A stretch of 8,493 nt of DNA from Salpingoeca rosetta (Eukaryota > Protista > Choanoflagellata). Position 1 is the stretch's first letter. The number at the start of each line of letters is the position of its first letter. A program made the translations under genes and the position numbers. A model generated the notes under the pieces. That model did not search any database and was not told the DNA's origin. It worked only from the letters and a program-made list of their open reading frames with translations. Below are positions 1 to 8,493 of this stretch, one piece after another. Location of the stretch: positions 305,718-314,210 of the forward strand of contig JAWQFM010000007.1 in NCBI GenBank assembly GCA_033442325.1, written 5' to 3'.

Positions 1-62
<62 letters not shown>
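1..62. repeat. (AC)n microsatellite, truncated by the window edge, ending 6 nt before the CK2beta ATG
   Basis: Perfect AC repeat. Confidence 0.99.
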
Positions 63-63
<1 letters not shown>

Positions 64-68
64 GCACC

Positions 69-2723
<2,655 letters not shown>

Positions 2724-3472
2724 CTCTCACCCCTCCCACGCCGCCGCTGTGCTTGATGTCTCGGGGGCACTTGGTATTGTGATTATCGTCTGTCGTCGTC
2801 GTCGTTGTTGTTGTTGGTGTGGTGACTACCCATGACACGCGCTGTTGTGGTGTTGTGTGGCTTGCCGGCGTGCCCTGTTGCGACTGGTCGGCGGTGATGC
2901 ATGTGGTGACGCGTGTGGTGTTGCACTTCCATTCCCACCAGCCTAGCGCCCTTTACCCTCCCTCACTCGTTCTGCATTTGCTGGCTGGCTTGGCGACGCT
3001 GTGCACTTGAATTGGATGTGCGATTTCTCGAGCTTCACTTCTTTGTTGTCCATCCCTTTTCCTCCTCTTGCTTGTCATGTCAATGCTGTATGTGTGTTTG
3101 TGTGTGCGTGTGTGTTTGATCATATTCGTGTATCACGGTGTTAGGTGTGTTTCTATGCACCCGTCACCTCCTCTGTGCTTGCTCGGCTGTCTGCCCACCG
3201 TGTGCTCGTGATGTTGCTTGCAAGCATGCGTCAGATGCGGGGGCGGGGGCTCACTGCCGGCTGTTCTGCTGGTGCACGCAGCAAGCCTGACACTACAACT
3301 TGAACCCAAAACGTTGAAGCAAATGTTGAAGTGGGGGCTTTGCTGAAGCAGACGCACCCCAAGGTGTCAGAAAGCAACACAGTGATGACAGACACGTTCG
3401 CCTTAGGGTGAGGGGAAGGGAAATAACGGCCCTGGTGTGTTGTGATGTGAATAACAAGAAGCGGATCCACGA

Positions 3473-3473
<1 letters not shown>

Positions 3474-3521
<48 letters not shown>
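3474..3521. repeat. (TG)24; reads (CA)n directly after the PTIP-like stop codon
   Basis: Seen directly. Confidence 0.98.
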
Positions 3522-3523
<2 letters not shown>

Positions 3524-3595
3524 ATGCGTCTTGCTTGTAGATTCGCCAGGCATCAAAGGAGAGCTTTTGGTGGAGGGCGCCAGACAAGATGATTT
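3522..3595 (-). CDS. PTIP-like terminal exon (EIILSGALHQKLSFDAWRIYKQDA*)
   Basis: Acceptor atcag at 3596; matches the E-hh-L-[TS]-G-x-L-x-Q-x-L C-terminal motif of PTIP/MDC1 tandem BRCTs; TGA at 3524-3522. Confidence 0.85.
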
Positions 3596-4419
3596 CTGAT
3601 GGCAAGAACCACAGCGTTTCAACCAAGTGTGAGAAATGGCATGTGAACAAAATTGTATGATATATGCACGCAGGGACANNNNNNNNNNNNNNNNNNNNNN
3701 NNNNNNNNNNNNNNNNNNNNNNNNNNNNNNNNNNNNNNNNNNNNNNNNNNNNNNNNNNNNNNNNNNNNNNNNNNNNNNNNNNNNNNNNNNNNNNNNNNNN
3801 NNNNNNNNNNNNNNNNNNNNNNNNNNNNNNNNNNNNNNNNNNNNNNNNNNNNNNNNNNNNNNNNNNNNNNNNNNNNNNNNNNNNNNNNNNNNNNNNNNNN
3901 NNNNNNNNNNNNNNNNNNNNNNNNNNNNNNNNNNNNNNNNNNNNNNNNNNNNNNNNNNNNNNNNNNNNNNNNNNNNNNNNNNNNNNNNNNNNNNNNNNNN
4001 NNNNNNNNNNNNNNNNNNNNNNNNNNNNNNNNNNNNNNNNNNNNNNNNNNNNNNNNNNNNNNNNNNNNNNNNNNNNNNNNNNNNNNNNNNNNNNNNNNNN
4101 NNNNNNNNNNNNNNNNNNNNNNNNNNNNNNNNNNNNNNNNNNNNNNNNNNNNNNNNNNNNNNNNNNNNNNNNNNNNNNNNNNNNNNNNNNNNNNNNNNNN
4201 NNNNNNNNNNNNNNNNNNNNNNNNNNNNNNNNNNNNNNNNNNNNNNNNNNNNNNNNNNNNNNNNNNNNNNNNNNNNNNNNNNNNNNNNNNNNNNNNNNNN
4301 NNNNNNNNNNNNNNNNNNNNNNNNNNNNNNNNNNNNNNNNNNNNNNNNNNNNNNNNNNNNNNNNNNNNNNNNNNNNNNNNNNNNNNNNNNNNNNNNNNNN
4401 NNNNNNNNNNNNNNNNNNN

Positions 4420-4503
<84 letters not shown>

Positions 4504-5210
4504 ATCTGAAGTGCTGTGTCACCGCTTCCCCCCCCCCACCACACACACCTCCCTGACCTGGAAGGAGATAGCCTGCGGAGTGCGACTGATGCAACCAGCT
4601 GACGCGAACGACGTAATCACAAACACACAGCGCGCGGAGAAAGTTGGACTGTGCATGTAGTCATGAGATGACGCACGAGGTGAGGGGCTGGCGACGAGTG
4701 CATGTGCAAACACATTGTGGCCGAGCAACGGGAGCACAGTCACTCATCAAAGCATCGCCATCACCACCAAATCAAACGCACTGTCCGTGTTGGGGTGCCG
4801 ACAATGAGATGCGTGCAGCGCGGCGCCTGTACAACCTTCAACTTCATCTCGCGCGCTTCCTGTTTGGTGGTGGGCAAGTCATCTGTCACATGAGGGCGGT
4901 TATGATCATACGTGTGTACGCGTGCGCACAACAAAAACACACACACACACAAAAAGACACACACACACATACACGAACACACGACAGCACGGGACCTTGA
5001 TGAGTTCTGGTTTGTCGACGGGCGGGACGCTCGTGAAGGCGACGCGGAAGTTTCGCGTCTTCTGCGCCTTTCAAGTGCACAAGTGCAGTGGCGATGGGGG
5101 GGGGGTGGCAGCAGCAATGATGAGGGTCGTGCACAGTGAGAAACTGAAAGGCGAAGTATACACAATCACGCACACAATCACACACACACACACAATCACT
5201 CACTCACTCA

Positions 5211-5244
<34 letters not shown>

Positions 5245-8200
5245 CATACATACATACATACATACATACATACATACATACACACCCTGCTCACCGATTC
5301 CATGAGGTGTGCTGACTTTTGCGGCGAACCAGGCGCCGGCAGCGGCTGTGGAATGTGTTTGTGCTGCTTGAACAGCTGTTGATTTGCTTGATTCCGCACC
5401 CACGAGGGCAAGGGCGGGCCTGCAATCGTCACGACATCGCCAGGCGCTGAGGATGTTGCTGTTGCGGCTGTTGTTGATGACGATGGCGCATCGGAGGTCA
5501 TCTTGTACGGATAGAACGGCTGCTTCTCCCCCATTGCAAGCGTGTCCAAGAGCCAGCTGCGGTGCATGCAGGCAACAAGTGAGCCACGCATGCATCGGTG
5601 TGATGAAAGGGCCAGTGCAACCCGCGCGCCACTGACGAGTGCCGTACAATCGTTATCAAGCCGTGCACAAAGGTGTGGGGGAAAACACACACACACACAC
5701 ATGTACGCGCACGCGCACGCAGACACAAACACACATACGAACATAAAACGGGTCACGTTCACGCACCCGATGTGTACGCAAGGCACGTCACGCTCCTGTG
5801 CAAAGCGGAATTTATCTCCGGCTGCGTGTTTGCACACGAGAACGTTTGTGGAGCGCTTGAGAGCACCGCGATATTGCAGCTGCGCGTGCAAGACCTGTTG
5901 AAGCGCCGTGAAGGGTCACAGTGATGATAGGGATGGTGGAAGTTCGTTCGTTATTGTTATTGTCGTGACAGTGACAACGGTAAGGGTGAGATTGGAAGGA
6001 GGAGGCGGTGACTACGGAGGGGTGCTTTGGTTGGTTGGTGGATGCGAGAGAAACGCATGGTAGGAGGGCAGTAGCCATGCAATGGCCGGACCCATCACGT
6101 TACTACACGTGCAGTGATGTGAGCACATGTGTGTTGCTTGCTCACGAGATCAATGACGTATTGTCGTTCCAGCTCAACAAATCCCGTCACGGATACTGCT
6201 CGCGCACGCACACACGAGGGGACATAGGCCGTGAGTTGCGGGTGACACAGATGCACACGCAAACACCTTGCACGCAGAGTGCACACGCACACACACACAC
6301 ATGCACGTGGGCTGACCTGTGGTGGGCTCTGCGCCTGTTTTCATGGTGACGGGGCGGAAGAGAATATCACACGCTGGGTCGACATCCACGCCAGGCTGGG
6401 CAGGGTTCACAGCATGAGCCATACAGGCGCGGTTGGTCGGGAGAATGAGGTGTGAACCGAGGGGAAAACAAGTGGTGCATTGGTTGGACATGTCACACGA
6501 CATGTGAACGGAAGTGGGTGGAGTTGGTGTTGGCAACACATCAAGAGTGCAGGCTCTTTGGGTTGTCACAAGCGAAAATGACCGTGTGTGTGTTGTGTGT
6601 GTGTGTGTCTTGTGTGTGTGTGGGGGGGGGGGGGAGAGTGGTTGTATGCCCACGACTGTGTACTTACGAGGCAGCGGGCGTATCGTGTCCAATATGGCGA
6701 CACGAGCGTGACCCCGCGCCCCTCCAACGCCGTGCACGTCCCATCCTGGCGGTGGCGGTGGTGGTGGCCGTGGCGGACGAGGGGCATTGTGGTGGAGACA
6801 TGTGAGAAAGGTGAATCGAGGGCAGCAGATGGATCTGCGCTCGTACGCGCACACTTGAAAGTACGCGCGCGCGCACGCACACACACACGCGCATCGTCGT
6901 GGTACTCACAAGCTTTGTTGTGATGCAGTGCGTGACATCGCTGCAATCCTCCCACATTACCCTGTGTTGGGTGAAGAGCAAGCACGCGATGAGGGCTTAT
7001 CTCACGCGCTGTTGAGCAACAGACCTGGAAGATACCAGCCAACCGATAGCACACAAGCACACACACGTACACACAAAAACGCGAACACAAACACACACAC
7101 ACACACATACACACACACACATAGTCACCTTGCGCGGGTTGAGGCGATGGCAGCGGCCCACGTGCTCGCGTCCTGCACGTCCACACCGTCCAATCCCGGT
7201 GGGGGTGATCGTGTCAACGACATGAGTGACGATGATGATGTGGCTGACGTCCCAGTTGCTCGTGTGTGGCTGTTGCCATTCACTTCACCGGTGTGGAGAA
7301 GGAACACACGGTCTTTGGCGGGAACACGCCGCTGCGGCGGTGCAGCCTCGCCCTCACTGCCCTCCATCTTCTCAGCGCCACCATCATCGAACCCACCCTC
7401 ATCACCCTCACCCTCACCCTCATCTTCATCTTCATCTTCATCCTCGTCATCTTGTCGTCGTTGTCGCCTTCGTCGTGGTGCTTGGCGTGCACGGCGCTTT
7501 GCAGTCACGGGCACCAAATGATATGGCCTGTCATCGACCTTGCGGCGATGTTGGGAACACTCCACGAGCCTGTCGAGACGAGCCGCGTGGGACGGTCACA
7601 TTTGGGGAATGAGTAGGACACGTGGTTGCAGTGCACTGTGCAGCTAAGACCGCTACTGCCACTATCACTGTCACTGCGATTGCCATGCACACGCACACGC
7701 ACACGCGCGCGCACACGCGCGCGCACATACGCACATACAAGCGCACATGCACACAAACATCCACTGTACGTCACATCAGTATCAAGGTGCTGACCAGTGT
7801 GGCGAGACGACAGGGATGCCATGCTTGCTGGCGAGCTGACGAACATCATCGATACCAGCTTCATTGTTGCCGCTGCCCTCGTCATCGCTGCTGAAGGCCT
7901 TGGCCGGCTGATGGTGTAAGTCTGGAGCGCCGGAGAGCACCACGTCGCACGACTGCAGTTTTGAGGTCACGACCGTTGCCCCGCTCGTCCGAGCCATGGC
8001 CCACACAATCGGCAGCTGCTCTGCAGTCAACTGCATGTGTCCAATACAGTGGCGTGGTGTGTGCGTGTGGTAGGTGGGGGAAGGGTGAGAGAGTGAGAGT
8101 GAGAAAGCGGTAGGCATGTGCGTGACTGATCACAGTGAAAAGGAATGATACGCGTGTACAAGTAGACGCAAACGCGCATGCAGACAGACGCACGTGTGTT

Positions 8201-8359
8201 GACGCGTACCTGGTGCAGGCCAATGCGGAGGCCTCGCAAGAAGGCTTGGCCAGATATGTATGGGCTGATGGGCAGCGACACCCCCACCGCACGGCGATCT
8301 CGTTCCCATGCCTTGACGCATCATCACACAGACACACATGAAGCATCACGTTAGCACCG

Positions 8360-8406
<47 letters not shown>

Positions 8407-8493
8407 TGACTCCAGCAGCCGATGACGTGTGAACAAGCAAGCAGGTCAGTTGGCTCTGCATCCACGCACCTCCATGTCAGCTGTGTGATGTTG
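3522..8493 (-). CDS. PAXIP1: Multi-BRCT protein, PTIP/PAXIP1-like; 5'-partial, with an internal gap. Exons (descending): <8493-8470, 8311-8210, 8030-7795, 7569-7129 (may contain an extra intron), 6961-6910, 6745-6668, 6395-6317, 6195-6146, 5894-5767, 5556-5295, 5067-4996, 4859-4782, 4648-4558, [gap], 3595-3522
   Basis: Frame-consistent GT-AG splicing gives successive BRCT repeats matching recalled human PTIP: LHQLTAEQLPIVWAM..SG vs LSQVSSEDRSALWAL..YGG; VSVTGFVELER vs ISVTGFVDSDR; YRGALKRSTNVLVCK..GDKF..AQERDVPCV..WL vs YTGYLCRSNTVLICK..GLKY..AKEWRIPCV..WL; CTHLIVGTPTRTSNFL vs CTHLIASKVTRTVKFL; EIILSGALHQKLSF vs EFVLTGVLTQTLDY. Orthology needs a phylogeny against TopBP1, MDC1 and Rtt107/Brc1. 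Confidence 0.85.
3679..4419. other. Assembly gap (741 N) inside the PTIP-like gene
   Basis: Run of N, bordered on the right by a (GT)n microsatellite. Confidence 1.
4420..4502. repeat. (GT)n microsatellite at the gap edge, intronic
   Basis: Seen directly. Confidence 0.98.
4558..4648 (-). CDS. PTIP-like exon: BRCT5 end (SNFLRALCVCDYVVRVSWLHQSHSAGYLLP)
   Basis: Acceptor cacag at 4649, donor GTCAGG at 4557; WLxxS motif. Confidence 0.9.
4782..4859 (-). CDS. PTIP-like exon: BRCT5 (EAREMKLKVVQAPRCTHLIVGTPTRT)
   Basis: Acceptor aacag at 4860, donor GTGCGT at 4781; CTHLI and TRT motifs. Confidence 0.9.
4996..5067 (-). CDS. PTIP-like exon: BRCT5 start (AQKTRNFRVAFTSVPPVDKPELIK)
   Basis: Acceptor aag at 5068 (in-frame alternative cag at 5062), donor GTCCCG at 4995. 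Confidence 0.8.
5209..5280. repeat. (CATA)18 tetranucleotide repeat with one variant unit, intronic
   Basis: Seen directly. Confidence 0.97.
5295..5556 (-). CDS. PTIP-like exon: BRCT4 end (WLLDT) and S/T/P-rich linker
   Basis: Acceptor cgcag at 5557, donor GTGAGC at 5294. Confidence 0.88.
5767..5894 (-). CDS. PTIP-like exon: BRCT4 core (VLHAQLQYRGALKRSTNVLVCK...VPCVHIG)
   Basis: Acceptor aacag at 5895, donor GTGCGT at 5766. Confidence 0.92.
6146..6195 (-). CDS. PTIP-like exon: BRCT4 start (VSVTGFVELERQYVIDL)
   Basis: Acceptor gagcag at 6196, donor GTGAGC at 6145. Confidence 0.9.
6317..6395 (-). CDS. PTIP-like exon: BRCT3-4 linker (PGVDVDPACDILFRPVTMKTGAEPTT)
   Basis: Acceptor cccag at 6396, donor GTCAGC at 6316; LFxP linker motif. 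Confidence 0.8.
6668..6745 (-). CDS. PTIP-like exon: BRCT3 end (DGTCTALEGRGVTLVSPYWTRYARCL)
   Basis: Acceptor gccag at 6746, donor GTAAGT at 6667; VSPxW motif. Confidence 0.85.
6910..6961 (-). CDS. PTIP-like exon: BRCT3 (RVMWEDCSDVTHCITTKL)
   Basis: Acceptor cacag at 6962, donor GTGAGT at 6909; VTHCI BRCT strand. Confidence 0.85.
7129..7569 (-). CDS. PTIP-like exon: BRCT2 end (WLVEC), basic/acidic linker, BRCT3 start; probably interrupted by a further intron around 7173-7288
   Basis: Acceptor gacag at 7570 completes WLVECS; donor GTGACT at 7128. Confidence 0.8.
7795..8030 (-). CDS. PTIP-like exon: BRCT2 (LTAEQLPIVWAM...GIPVVSPHW)
   Basis: Acceptor atgcag at 8031, donor GTCAGC at 7794 splitting the BRCT Trp codon TG|G. 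Confidence 0.9.
8210..8311 (-). CDS. PTIP-like exon: end of BRCT1 / start of BRCT2 (AWERDRRAVGVSLPISPYISGQAFLRGLRIGLHQ)
   Basis: Acceptor tcaag at 8312, donor GTACGC at 8209. Confidence 0.8.
8359..8405. repeat. (GT)n microsatellite, intronic in the PTIP-like gene
   Basis: Seen directly. Confidence 0.95.
8470..8493 (-). CDS. PTIP-like partial upstream exon (...QHHTADME), or start ATG at 8475
   Basis: Donor GAG|GTGCGT at 8469; downstream intron has a GCTAAC branch-like motif; frame joins the AWERD exon. The 5' limit cannot be determined. Confidence 0.5.

Noticed and set aside
3293-4660. ORFs of 280-430 aa spanning the N run
   Set aside because: Artefacts of translating Ns.
6317-6395. TopBP1 assignment based on LFRPVTMKTG resembling the TopBP1 BRCT4-5 linker
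   Set aside because: The other repeats, the paired architecture and the C-terminal motif fit PTIP better; left to phylogeny.
7196-7293. CCGGTG direct repeat at both ends of the cryptic intron (7196-7201, 7288-7293) as a target-site duplication or introner signature
   Set aside because: The offset is 92 nt rather than the 93 nt needed for in-frame excision, there are no terminal inverted repeats, and 6-nt matches are expected by chance.
6928-7616. Plus-strand ORFs (Ser/Pro-rich, or hydrophobic IFIFIF transmembrane-like)
   Set aside because: They are antisense shadows of the acidic repeat exon on the - strand.

Overview
Eukaryotic, intron-dense, microsatellite-rich DNA. The composition (long AC/GT and CAA tracts in 100-450 nt introns) suggests a choanoflagellate such as Salpingoeca, which is an inference. 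Two convergent genes fill the window. (1) On the + strand is a complete 8-exon casein kinase 2 regulatory subunit beta gene (CDS 69-2723, 229 aa, all introns GT-AG). (2) On the - strand is a multi-BRCT gene with at least 14 visible exons (>=8493 down to the stop at 3522). It aligns domain by domain, from recalled sequence, with PTIP/PAXIP1; its 5' end probably lies beyond the window and most of BRCT6 is hidden in a 741-N assembly gap (3679-4419). Almost all listed six-frame ORFs are repeat or antisense artefacts. The points most worth checking are a 93-nt intron-like segment in BRCT3 whose best-fitting boundaries are non-canonical (GT..GG), a degenerate phosphopeptide pocket in BRCT5, replacement of the animal poly-Q linker by a basic+acidic linker, and complementary (UG)n/(CA)n tracts bracketing symmetric CK2beta exons. 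No prokaryotic system, mobile element or RNA gene is supported.
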